Assembly: GCA_951406725.2 (NCBI GenBank)
Contig: OX597823.1
Coordinates: 26,536,001-26,600,000 of the forward strand
Length of the DNA stretch: 64,000 bases
Source: Octopus vulgaris
Taxonomy: Eukaryota
Direction of reading: 5' to 3'
The notes beneath the pieces are model-generated. The model ran no database searches, was not told where the DNA came from, and saw only the letters and a program-made list of their open reading frames with translations. The position numbers and the translations under genes were made by a program. Positions 14,672 through 27,300 of this stretch are shown here, piece by piece (within the stretch, counting starts at the first letter, position 1; each line of letters begins with the position of its first letter).

Positions 14672-16879
14672 TATTTTATCAAATTGGCCATGGAGGTCTT
14701 ACAATCACAGGTTCTTTTCTTACATAAAAATAAAAAAGTCAATCAAACATCAAAAATACATTATCACTTTTTGAGGTCTCTTTCTTTCTTTTGTTATCTT
14801 ACCGTTTTTACCAATATATAATATATATATATATTTATGTGAATTTGAAGGTAAAATATCTAGCCGCCTGTACAGCAGACCACGTTGACAGACGGGAGTT
14901 CAGAAAGAAGGCGAAGTGCCTATTATCAAATGTTTGTGTCACACAGTGCCACGATTTATAGCTCACCATCAACATCGCTTGTGCCCACATCCTCCTCCAT
15001 CCTCAACGCCTCATTCAAGATCAGAGCGGGTTCCGTGTCAGCGTTGCCCGGGTACAAGAGATATTTCTCATTGAGCCCCTTCAGCCTAAACGTCACGTCA
15101 AACGTTATGACCTCCACAGCTATATGCGGAGGCCATTCGGGATCCTGTGTGAAGGCTAAAGGTGCTCCCTTATGGTGCTTTTCCACCACCTTTTCAACCT
15201 CTCCGCCTCTATAGAAGAAGAAGATCAATAATTCGTCTTCCTCCGGGGGAGGTATATCTAATTCTTCCGTTGGCGGCACAGTTCTCGCCAACGGTGTCTC
15301 TTCTCCTGCCGGTGGCACAACCCCAACCGATGTAGTTCCGGGACATTCCGGTACTATGTCACCGAATGCCGGCAATGTCCCATTTCCTCTTCTTCTTTTT
15401 TTTCTTTTCAACTGAGGAAAGATGTGTCTCCTCCGTGACCGGGAGATTCGCCTCCCCATCCTCATCCTTAGGATCCTTCGGTGAGCACCCATTGTTGCTC
15501 ACCTTCTTCCTCTTGCGGCCCCTGTTTGAGGAGTCCTCTGCCTCCTCGGCCGCCTTCATTCCCTCCTCTACAGAGGTCTCACTCAACTGCTCCGGGACCT
15601 TATTTTGTTCCTGGGGACAATTTTTCACTGATAAAACCTGGTGGGGTGACTCTGATGAATCACCGGATACCTGCACCCGGCCATTTAAAAAAAAATCTGG
15701 AAAAACCAGATTGGCTGATTGAGTCCAAAGGGTCAAAACAGCTTTTGACCCAACCCAATCAGCTGCAGGAAAAACTTTCACATTAAGGAGCTTGGCTCCG
15801 CTGCCACCCAGATCCCGGCGGATAGTCTCCTCTATCCACTCGGGTTTTATCCCGGGTGGCAACCTGCAGACCCAAGCTTTCGTCAACCTCCTCCCACAAT
15901 ACGTGGGAAGAAACAAAATTTCCTCGCCCTCCAAGGGCTGACTCGCAAATTTGCGAGCCTCTTCAGGGGTATCAAATAGCAACCACACCGTTGCGTATTT
16001 GACACCCCTGGAAATGAATTTAATTGTTGGCAAATACTCCGCCAACTCCTTTTCAATTGCCGTCTTTTCGAATAGGGCGATGGTGTCGAGTGACTTGGAG
16101 TAGGTTCTCAACACCACCGTCCTATCTTCACGGTCTTTCAACCACTTTTTAGGCGGTACAACCTCCCACTCCAAAACTTTGTCCGTTTTCATTGCCATAT
16201 TTCCCCCTTTTTTTTAAACGGTTCGAAAATAATTCAAAATAAAACTTAAAAAGGGAGAAGAAAAAAGAAATCAAAAGAAAGTCACAACAAAATGGAAAGG
16301 AGAAAAGGAAACAATTCACAAAAAAGAGAAAGTCAAATAAAGTTTAGAAGAAAGAAACAATAGTTCAGAAACACAGCAAAGAAATCTTCCGGCCATTCGG
16401 TACTCCCGGCCTAGGTTGAACCCGGAACGCTACAACTGGAACACAACTTCCACAAAAACTGGTATACAAATTGTTCAATCTTCGGAGGCAAAGACACTCC
16501 CCCAAACAGCAGTTCTCACAATTATCTTAAAATTCTTCAAAAAGTGAACAAATTTTTAGTAGGCATAATACACCCCCAAGCAACAATTCTCATAATTAAG
16601 TGAGAAAAATATTCACTCAACATAAACTACTAACTAGGAAGACGAATACGCGCCCAAACAAAAATTCTCACAATTATGCAGGCAGAACCAGAATTCTGAA
16701 TCCAGTAGGACTTCTTGCCTGTATATAAAAAAAAAATTCTCAACAAAAATTCCCACTGGACCCCAAAAACAGAACCTTACCTTACAGTGGAGCTTCAACA
16801 TTTTTCAATTCGAAACGGTTTTAAAAGCACGTCCCACCGCTTTGGTCCCAAACATCACAATTACTCGCACATGCGCAGT
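14672..16879 (-). mobile_element. ORF1-only (HAL1-like, probably Tx1-derived) non-LTR element, copy B
   Basis: TSD ggaagcaagcttctt (14657-14671 and 16880-16894); about 680-nt 5' UTR; frameshifted ORF spanning 16198-14956; about 280-nt 3' region ending at aataaa; no RT or endonuclease sequence. Confidence 0.8.
14956..16198 (-). pseudogene. Frameshifted ORF1-like protein of copy B
   Basis: Two overlapping frames (279 aa and 178 aa); both have homologous segments in copy C (PPKKWLK, VVLRTYS, FASQPLEG, FLPTYCG, FYRGGEVEK, FTQDPEWPP); RRM-like ORF1 identity is inferred. Confidence 0.65.
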
Positions 16880-17001
16880 GGAAGCAAGCTTCTTACCACA
16901 CAGCCACGCCTGCGCCTATATATTAAATAACCACCGAATATTTTCTTGCATTCCTATTGATGAACTTAGTAAAATAACGTATACTTTTTATTTTTATTCA
17001 G

Positions 17002-17174
17002 CGACGGAACCGCTTTCACTAAGGCCTGGTTCTCCCAGGGCAAAGGAGAAATATTCATGTCAGAAGTACAGTGTTTGGGGTCCGAATTATCTATTTGGGA
17101 ATGTCCATTCAAAAGAGAGCACTTTTGTTCTCATCGTGAAGACGCTTCTGTTGTTTGTAGTGAACGTCGAAATG
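17002..17174 (+). CDS. SRCR-domain gene, exon b (C-half of SRCR domain 1)
   Basis: ttttattcAG| ... |GTaaat; reads DGTAFTKAWFSQGKGEIFMSEVQCLGSELSIWECPFKREHFCSHREDASVVCSERRN; phase 2 to phase 1, in frame with exon a. Confidence 0.9.
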
Positions 17175-17284
17175 GTAAATTGCTTCAATAATTTTCGCCT
17201 TAATTACTAATTACATGAATTAATATATAAAATATTTTAAAATATTTTACTTTTTTGTTTGTTCTTTGTATTCATATTGACCAT

Positions 17285-17379
<95 letters not shown>

Positions 17380-18519
17380 GTAAAATAATATGTGACAATT
17401 ATTCGGTAGCCAAGATAAAACTCAGAGTTTTATCTTGGCTACCGAATAATTGTCACATATTATTTTACACATAAATTTCCTCTATTTACATAATATTGAG
17501 GTCTCTTTCTTTCTTTTGTTATCTTCCCGTTTTTACCAATATATATGATATAATATATATATTTATGTGAATTTGAAGGTAAGATACTTTAGTCTCAAAT
17601 CATGACACAAAACCAGTAATTTCAGTGGAGGGCTAAGTCGATTAGGTCGACCCCAGTGCTCCACTGGTCCTAATTTTATCGATCACGAAAAGATGAAACG
17701 CAAAGTCGATCTCGGTGGCATTTGAACTCAGAACTCAAAGCTTATGAACTTCATTAGCTTACTGCTGTTTCCAGTATCATTTGCGGTGGACTCATAGTTG
17801 AGTGTCTGAATCATACCTTACTGCTTCATCAAAGCCTCAAACATGAAGTGTTCACATTTATTGAGAAACTAGCTTACAGTGGTACACAAATCTCAACCGA
17901 ACCATGTGTTAAATTCTTCATAGACTGGCACAGTAGACCGTAATTCGACATCTCGAGACTCTAATTGAGAGAAGCGAATTTAGAAAGATACGTGGCTGCA
18001 TGGTGTCTATCTTTGTATCACTGCAGAGTATCTGGAATGAAAATCTACTGAAAAATTACCTGCTAAGCGTCAACCGCATGAGACGATATACCGATATTGT
18101 TTTACAGTCTAGATATCTGTATTCCAACTTCAATTTACTTTCCTCTGTAGCTGATTTAAAATGAACTTCAAACCAAACTAATTTTTATCTAATATTTATA
18201 GCAAATATTTGTCTGTATTTTTGTCAGTTTCCACTGTTTTCTTTTCCAATTTTTACCAAATGTAATGTTATTAATATACCTTTATACAGTTTGTAGCTAT
18301 ATGATGCATTGTAATGATGATACACAACAATGTTGAAACAGACCTGATTGAAAATATACACGAATAAATATTGTTGTTGAAGCACAAGTAAATTAATTTA
18401 TAAAAATTCCATCAACAGCTCTCTTCTTTTCATATAAACTAGGCTTTAAGAAAGAAATGAGCTTTGTCACATTCTCTCGCTCTTTCTTTCTCTTTCTCCA
18501 CCTCTCTCTCCATATATAT

Positions 18520-20700
18520 ATGCATATTATATTTTTTATCAGTTTCAGCTCAAAGCTGTGCCCATGCTGGGGCACCGCCGTTTTGTTACTATTATTATTG
18601 ACAACCTCCTTTAATATATGGTATTTGGTGAATAAGGAGTTTGATTTCGCTACCCTCATTTGCACCTCCTGCCGGGAGGTAGGTTCATCTGGGACTCTCG
18701 CCAAGAAAAAATCCAGTTTTGATTTGAAAACACCTACATCACCTTTGTGTAGGTTCCTCAGGCTCTTTGGGAGAATATTAAAAAGCTGTGGGCCTCTGAA
18801 ACTCAGGCTGTTGCAGTAACTGGTCCTGAAGCGCTGTGGCATTGCTGGGATATTTGGCACTGTGCAGTGGCGATGCGTTCTAGCATTTGTGTAGTTTTCA
18901 ATGCCAAAATTTGGTACAATCCCTTCCAGGAGCTTCCAGATGTATATTACTACATATCTCTCCCGCCTTCGCTCCAGAGTCTTAGCTCTTTCAGCCTATC
19001 CCAGTAGCTGAGCTGTTGCAATGAGACGATCTTCTTTGTGAAGCTTCACTGAATTGCTTCAAGGTCCGCTGTTAATTTTACACTGTGGGGTGACCATAGC
19101 TGGGAGCAATAATCCAGGTGGCTGAGGACGAATGACCTCCAGAGGACCATCATGGTTTCCTTCTCTCTGGTTCTGAACGTTTTCAAGATCCATTCAGCCA
19201 GTCGTCTGCACTTTGTCGCAATCCTGGTACCGTGCACTTGGAAAGAGGTATCATCACTCATGTCGATACCCAGGTCCCGCACTGATTTAGGCTCTGGGAT
19301 TGTAATCCCCCGTGGACCAGTGCACCCTGTAAGTTTAAATTCAGTTTTGGACGCTGGTAGCGCAGGACTTGGAATTTTTCAGTATTAAGCATATTATTGT
19401 CCTCAGCCGATCTGTAAACTGAGTTCAACTCCTGATGCAGGTGTGCAACATCGCTGGGATTCTGTACTTTCTGTGAGACTTTCGTATCGTCTGTGTAGCT
19501 TGCAAGGGTTCTTGAGGGCATATCTGAGAGGGCCACTACAAAAAGCAGTGGTCCCGAGACAGTGCTCTGTGGAACACCGCTCACTATTTGTGTTTTCTTT
19601 GAGGTGGCTCCATTGGCCACTGCTGCCTGAATTCTATCTTTCAGAAAGTCATGTAACCACTCTCCAAGTTTTCCAGCTTTACCGAGATCACGCAGTTTGT
19701 GGCATATCACCATGATCCACTTTATCAAAAGCTTTTGCCAGGTCAAGGTATATTATGTCCACATTTGAGTTGTTGAGTAACTACGTCAACATCCAGTCAC
19801 AGTGCTGTAAGAGCTGGGTCAGGTAGCACCTACCTGGTCGAAAGCCATGCTGGGTATCACTCGGCAAGTTGTTTTCTTCAAGGAATGAGATTAGGTTCCC
19901 TCTCACTATCCGTTCCATGAGTTTGTTAATGTGTGAAGTCAGAGAGATAGGCCTTTAGTTTTTGGCATCTGCTCCGCTTCCCCCTTTATGGATTGGGCAT
20001 ATTATTCACTCCTTCAGTTTGCTTGGCAGCCTGCCATTTGCAAGAAAGCTCTGGAAGATAATCTGTTGTGGTTTCACCAGGGTACGCTTACACAATTTGA
20101 GGTCGATTGCTGGGAAACTATCAGGACCAGCAGTTGAGTTTGCGTCCACCTATTCTATGGCTAGTAACATCGTAACTGTATCGCTGGTTATAGGCGAGAC
20201 GGCAAAGAAATCCACTGGTTCATTCACTTGTCTGTGTTCCAACAGGGTGGTAAAGACACTTTTGAACTGGTCATTCAGTACCTCACTGATATTGGTTGGA
20301 CTATCTCTGAGGGAGTCATCCTTTTGGAAGAGGGATCCTATTTTGCCGCGTACTGAGGCTGTTTCTTTGGCATAATAACTTAATGTTTTTTTTATAACCC
20401 AGGCTTCTTTGTCTGCTCTCTCTCCCTCTCATAGGATTGTTGCATGCTTCAATCTCCGTCAGTGTTGTTTTTAGGCGGGATCTTTCAGTACTTTTGGGAT
20501 GTTGGTTGAAGCGATTTGCAACCTTCGTCCATCGTCCCATGAAGATCTTTCTCTCCCTTGGAATCTTGTTCCTTTCTGTGTTGACCTTGTACTCTGGGAC
20601 ACATCTCTGGCATATGGTTTGCATAAAAGACATGAAATATTCTAGTTTCATGCCAATGTCTGGTTTTCCTGCATGTTTTGTTCCAACGTGTATCCTGTTT
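18520..20700 (-). mobile_element. CR1-group LINE, 5'-truncated and decayed
   Basis: RT fragments SGVPQSTVSGPLLF, YTDDTK, DYCSQLWSP and C-terminal FLARVPDEP; many stops and frameshifts. Confidence 0.88.
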
Positions 20701-21702
20701 CTCTGGATTGGGTCTTAAAAAGTTTGCTGTAATTACGTTGATATAAATTTCCAGTGTTACTAATTATATCTGAATTGTTAGAAAGCTGGTTTTACGAGTG
20801 AGAGGACAAACGAAAGAAAATGGCATTCAACACATTTAGTAGGAGTTCCATCTATTAATTAAAATACTTTGATTCGGATCCGTGCTGCTTCAAGTTTCGC
20901 AGGACCCTAAGGTTGAGCCCGACTCTTTCAAGTTTCTGTAATGACTGAATTCAGGAAGTTCAAGATGGCTATCGGATGATGGGCTGCTATTGATACAGGA
21001 AGGTCACATGGTGTTATGGTGAATAATGCTAAGTCGTTAGCGGCACCAGTTTCATAAGAAAAAGGGAGTTTCTTTGATTGCGTGGTTGGACAGGAAATTG
21101 GTGGCGTTACTGTGTCTTGATACGGCAGCGGTAAGGTAGGTGAGTGTATGAGTTTAAATGCGTGCATGTGCGCGTGTGTGCGTGAGTGTGTGTGTGTATG
21201 TGTGTATGCGTGTGTGTATGTATATGTGTGTGGTGTACCCGCATACATATGCATATACGAGAAGTGTGAATGCGTGGATGTCAGTATGTTATTGATTATA
21301 TGGGTGTACGTGTGTGTATGTGTATGCATATGCTTGTCTTTACGTATATGTTGGCTGCTGATATGTTGATATTGGTATATTGGTAGAGCTTGTGAGTGTG
21401 TGTGGTGTGTGTGTGTGTTTGGTGCCTGCCGCATACACGTGCACGATGGGACGGGTTTAGGGTGTAAGTATGGGTGTGTGGGGGTGCTTGTGGGTGTAGG
21501 TGACCCTCCATGCCCAATAGCAGTCCATCATCCTGTAGCTACCTTGGACTTCCTTGAACTCTCCATTCAGTCATTCCAGAAGCCCGAAAGAATCCAGCTC
21601 CACTTAGGGGCCTGTAAAACTTGAAGTAGCACGGAACTGAGTCAAACTGAGTCAATAATAACAATAATAATGATGATGATGATGATAATAATAATGATGA
21701 TG

Positions 21703-21766
<64 letters not shown>

Positions 21767-21962
21767 GAAGAAGAAGAAGATAAGAATAATCCTTTTCTAC
21801 TGAAGGCACAAGGCCTTAAAAATTTGTGCGGGAGGGGGATTAGTCGATAATATCGACCCCAGTACTCAACTGGTACTTAATTTACCGACCCCAAAAAAGG
21901 GTGGAAGGCAAAGTCGAACTCGGCAGAATTTGAACTCAGAACGTAGCGACGGGCGAAGTACC

Positions 21963-22001
<39 letters not shown>

Positions 22002-22037
22002 TTGATAATAATAATAATGATAATAATGATAATAATG

Positions 22038-22102
<65 letters not shown>

Positions 22103-22103
<1 letters not shown>

Positions 22104-23505
22104 TTGTATGGTTGCCAGTGGTGAGATGATGAAGGCAATTCAACCTCAATTTAGCTATAAATACCTGGGTAAAGTTGAGGCAAATGGAGTCAAACACCAC
22201 GACATGAAGGAAAAGACAAAAAGAGAGTACCTGCGGCGACTGAGAAAAATATTGGCTTCAAAGCTGAATGCCAGGAATATAATTTTGGCAATAAATTCGC
22301 ACGTAGTGGCAGTAGTTCGGTATGGCGTTTGAATCCTGAAGTGGACAGAAGAGTAGCTAAAGGAGATGGACAGGAAGTCAAGAAAGGTCATAACGATGCA
22401 TGGAGCCCATCATCCACGTGCAGACACTGATCACCTATACATGAAGAGAGCAAATGGATGAAGGGGACTGATAAGTGTGGAAGACTGCATGCGTATCGAA
22501 CTCGAGAGCTTAATGAGATACCTAGTCCAAAGTAAGGAAACCTTGCTAGTGACGGTTAGGAACAAGGGAGTATTGAGAGCAGAGAAAAAAGGGAAAACAA
22601 AGGAAGAAGGAGAAAAAGGAAATGAAGAAGAATTACGCAAGAAGGGATTACGCAATCAATTCCATATAGCCACAACAGAAGTTGCTGGAAAAGGTGGGAT
22701 TGGCTGATGAAAGGACCCCCCCCCCAAAAAAAAAGAGACCGAGAGCACTATACTGGCAGCGCAAGACCAAGCTTTGGCCACAAACTGGAGGGTCAACTTT
22801 AGGAATGAGCAAGTGTCTCTGTTGTGCCGCACCTGCAATAGAGTGGATGAAACCATTGCCCATATCACGACCGAATGCCCCAGACTTGCCCAAAACCACT
22901 ATAAGTTGTAGCAGCATTACCAGGTAGCGAAAGTGCTACATTGGAAAAATGTGCGAGAAGTTGTGGCTAGAGAGAGGCAAGACGTGGTGTGAGCACAAAC
23001 TGCAGAGAGTGACTGAGTCGGAGACAAGCAAAATCCTCTGGGATTTCCAAATCCAAACAGACCAGGTGCTAGAGTACAACAGACCGGACCTAGTGGTTGT
23101 GGACAAGGTGCACCACATATGCTATATAGCTGATGTTACATGCCCCTTTGACCCACAAATAGTGAAGAAGGAAGGCGAAAATATAAGATTAATACAACGC
23201 TCTTAAGTACGTAATAGCCCGTCTATGGAAAATGAAGAAGGTGAAGATAAGTGCCAATTATTGTTGAGTCCTTGGGAACAGTATCAGAAGGCATCAAGAG
23301 GAATATAGAAGAAATTGGAATAGAGTGCCCAGTAGAACTCTTACTAAAGGTTTGCTTCCTTTGCACGGCCAGAACAACCAGGAAAGTACTAGATAGCTGA
23401 AAAGAATGAATAACATGGTACCGTAGGCTGCAGGTAGTAAGCCCGCTACGCATGCAAGACTCCAGGAGCTCCAACAAAGGGTGTGATAAAGAGAAAATAA
23501 CAATA
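22103..23505 (+). mobile_element. R4/Dong-like LINE with restriction-like endonuclease, 5'-truncated and decayed
   Basis: SYKYLG, KLNARNIILAIN, CCHC knuckle CRTCNRVDETIAHITTEC, and ILWDFQIQTD..NRPDLVVVDK..IADVTCP; starts directly after a (TAA)n tract. Confidence 0.85.
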
Positions 23506-24508
23506 TTATATATATATATAAATTAAGCAGAAAATGCAGAAATCTTGATCAACAACAGTTGGCTAACATCGATTATTACTTTTTAATACAAACCCTTATC
23601 CCATCTAACAGCCGTTTCTGCTTCCAATGTCCCATGGTGTTGCCACTGAAAATTCTAAGAATAATATTCGTCATATTTTGTAACGCATCCGATCTGGAAC
23701 AGGGACTTCATCAGAGTGAAGAAAAATACATAAAAGAAAAGAGGAAGAGTCTCGAGAAGAAGAAAGGTGTAATATATTTAAATCATACCATTTTGCAGTG
23801 TAACGCTATAGAACGTTGAGTAAATGACTAAACTAGAAATATTAATTCATGGGTTTTTCTTTCTTTAGGGGTAACGGTGTATAAATAATAAAAAGTGAAA
23901 TAAATACTTTACTATAACGGGATACGCCAATAGGTCTAGAAAAAGTGGGGGTGGTAGTGCCATAATGTTTAGAAGTAATCATAATAGTTCTTAAGATTAT
24001 GTTACTAGTACTAATTAATAGTTTATCCTAATAAAATGCCCATCAGTTAATTACAATTATTTACTTACTGATATGTTGTAAAGACCAATCACCTATTGCC
24101 CGTAATGGAATTGACCAAAGACCAGCTTTCGATATAATTGTTCAGTTAAATTTAAAAATAAAGGGCAAGCTATTAAGACCGTTATACGGGTAGATGTAAA
24201 TAAAAAATAAATAAAAAGTAGAAGTATGGAGAAGTATTATACGTTATAAGTAGCTCAAAGCCACTTAGGACATTATAAACAAAACAAACAGCAGTAATTT
24301 TATTCAGCTGAATACACGTCATTGATTGGTTGAAATTACCGAAATACGACAACTTTAACACGAAATAAATTTGAAAATAGAAATTTTTCTCAACAACACT
24401 AAGAGTAAAAGATGTTTTATATGACTCATTCTACCAGTATCCGAAGTTTGAAAGTGTTTAGTTACAAAAAATTAATTTCCCGAACTGCCGTTCAAAGGGA
24501 AAATATCC

Positions 24509-24566
<58 letters not shown>

Positions 24567-24657
24567 TATTTATTTTTAATATTACTAACCTTGTCAATAT
24601 ATCAACCCGTGCTTGAGTACATACATATGGGGCTACCATAATTGCACTTCCATGCAT

Positions 24658-24705
<48 letters not shown>

Positions 24706-26974
24706 GGTGCTCCAGCATAGCCGCAATCAAATAACTGAAACAGATAAAATGATATATATACATACACACATAGACATTTATATATATTTGAAAGATTTTA
24801 GAAAGATATTTGAAGAAAGATTTTTATTAAGCTATACATTATTAATAATATTTAAAAACCTTTAAAATCCCACATTGACACGATCTTTTGGGAGAAGTTT
24901 AACGTGAAGGACTTTTCAATTTTTTCAAGTTTTTTAAACTATGGTCAGAGACGGACATTTTGATCCTGATTTTGATATATATTATAACATATGAGATAGC
25001 TATCAAAATGATATTAGAAAAACAAAACCCATTTCAATTGTTAGCCCTAGATAACAATATAAAGTATTTTGATACACTTCCAAGAATAGCTGTATGGGAA
25101 AACTGTATGCGTCATTTAATTACATCAACAGGAAAACTCAATTTACACTATTACACCGGATGGGGTATGCTTATTTAAGATAAGTATGCTAATTTAGGAT
25201 AAGTACATCGGTAATTCAATTTGGTGCACTGGCATGGCTCTATAGACGTTCGTTTCACAACAAAGTAGTTTCCAGTTCAATCTCACTGAACGACACCTTG
25301 GAAAATTTGATATACCTCAGCGTTGGCTTAAACCTTGTGGGGGAAATTTGTTGGCGGAAACTGTGGAAACTAGTCGAAGGGTTGGTTCTATATTTGGGGA
25401 GTAGATTTAAAAAGTTTTCTGACCATAGAGGGTTGCAGTAGCGTTCATTTTGTTGCAAACATTTAGATCAAGTCTTTGATCCGTGAATAACTACATTATT
25501 TCCTTCTGCTAGACATGGGGGCCATGAAAAGTTCATAGATGCCACCCTCCGTCTCCTACCAAACCATAAAAACTCCGTAAAATACTTAGATATTGGAATT
25601 AGTTTAAGTTTACATTGTTTAATAGATGGATATGTTGTCAGTTAATCGAAACTCACCAACAATAACAACGACGACTATTACGACAACCACTACGACAAAG
25701 ACGAAACTATACAACCTTAAATAGCCCTATAGATAACTTGAGCAATGCTATTATGTACTTGTCTATGTACTTAGTTAAGATAAGTCAACAATACAGAACG
25801 GATTGACGTATCATTTGTTAAGATAAGGTAACACCTTAGAAAAATTTGCCATTACGTAAACTGACGCGAATATTAGTTGATATAGGGTAGTGGTTTTTAA
25901 CCTCGGCAGCAGTGCTCCTTTGAGACATTGTAAGTTCCTAAAAGTACACAAATTGTCAAGAGGGCGTTATGGGCTTGCGTGTTCTGGGTGAAAGTCGCGA
26001 TTTCTCTGAGCAATAAAATATCTAAAGTCAGTACAATACATGTTTTAAGCGCAATTATGTTCATTTAAGTATTTTTCAATAAAGATTATAACCTAATAAG
26101 ATAGTTAAAAGTTAAAGTATTTTCGTTTTGGGAAAGTATGGTTGTGATAGAATACAAAGTAAACAGCGTATGGTGCTTGTTGAAAGCATGATTCAACGAA
26201 GTAGCTAATCTCCTGCTAATTGGTGAAATTTCGTCTATGCTTAATTATCTGTTCACCAGAATGACAAAATAACAATATGCTTTATACAAAGCAGTGATAA
26301 GTCTAATCAACAACTGAAATAATGAGCATTCCTGCTTTTTTTTTACTCAGCTACATTTCTGATAATATTATTAAAATCAATCACTCTAAGATTTGATTCT
26401 AAGATTCTGTCATCGACATACATTTGAGTTTGCTAAAAAAGGATTTTGCTGATACTGTTTTAGCCAGAATTTTCGATAGTATTTTCAAATTAACACAAAT
26501 ATTTGGAAATATCTCACTAAAATAATAGTTAATAAAGTAAACAATTCTACACAGATTTCGGTCCTAGTTTTCAAACTTTGCTTTATGAACTGGCGGTGAG
26601 TATTGTATCCTGCTGCAAAATCATCCTTGTTATATTCAGAAAGACAACGGTGTGTTAACACTCTCTTTTAAAATAGTTTTTCCAGCTTATTTTCAGACAC
26701 CGTGGGACATTTTGAGAAGAAATCAAAAGTTATACCTTAAAAAGTGTAATTAATCCTGAAATTTCAGTATCAATAAAAGCTGAAGTAGGTTTTTTTTCTC
26801 GTGAGTCCTCTGTATCAGCAATTCATGCCGGCTAGCATTAGGGAGCTATGTCATTGAACTCCCTCCTCTTTTATCTCACACACTTAGACTCCTGGGAGAG
26901 TTTAATTTCCCTCTCGCGATCTCACAACACTTCTTTCGTTGATTCATGAATTAATTTCGGCACAAGTCCAATCG

Positions 26975-27300
26975 TGGCACTCCGTTGGTTACGACGACGA
27001 GGCTTCCAGTTGATCCAATCAACGGAACAACCTTCTCGTGAAATTAGCGTGAAAGTGGCTGAGCACTCCACAGACACGTGTACCCTTAACGTAGTTCTTG
27101 GGGAGATTCAGCGTGACACAGAGTGTGACAAGGCTGGCTCTTTGAAATACGGGTACAACAGAAACAGAAAGAAAGAATGAGAGGAAGTTGTGGGGAAAGA
27201 GTAGAGCAGGGTTCGCCACCACCCCCTGCCGGAGCATCGTGGAGCTTTAGGTGTTTTCGCTCAATAAACACTCATAACGCCCGGTCTGGGAATCGAAACG
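26975..27300 (-). mobile_element. tRNA-derived SINE family 2 (head truncated)
   Basis: High identity to 51765-52118 and 53622-54005. Confidence 0.85.

Noticed and set aside
23559-23819. 86-aa ORF with a short hydrophobic stretch
   Set aside because: No recognisable domain and no convincing splice sites.
25150-25560. Possible Tc1-like remnant (also at about 17800-18400)
   Set aside because: Too decayed; no paired TIRs or clear catalytic motifs could be confirmed by eye.
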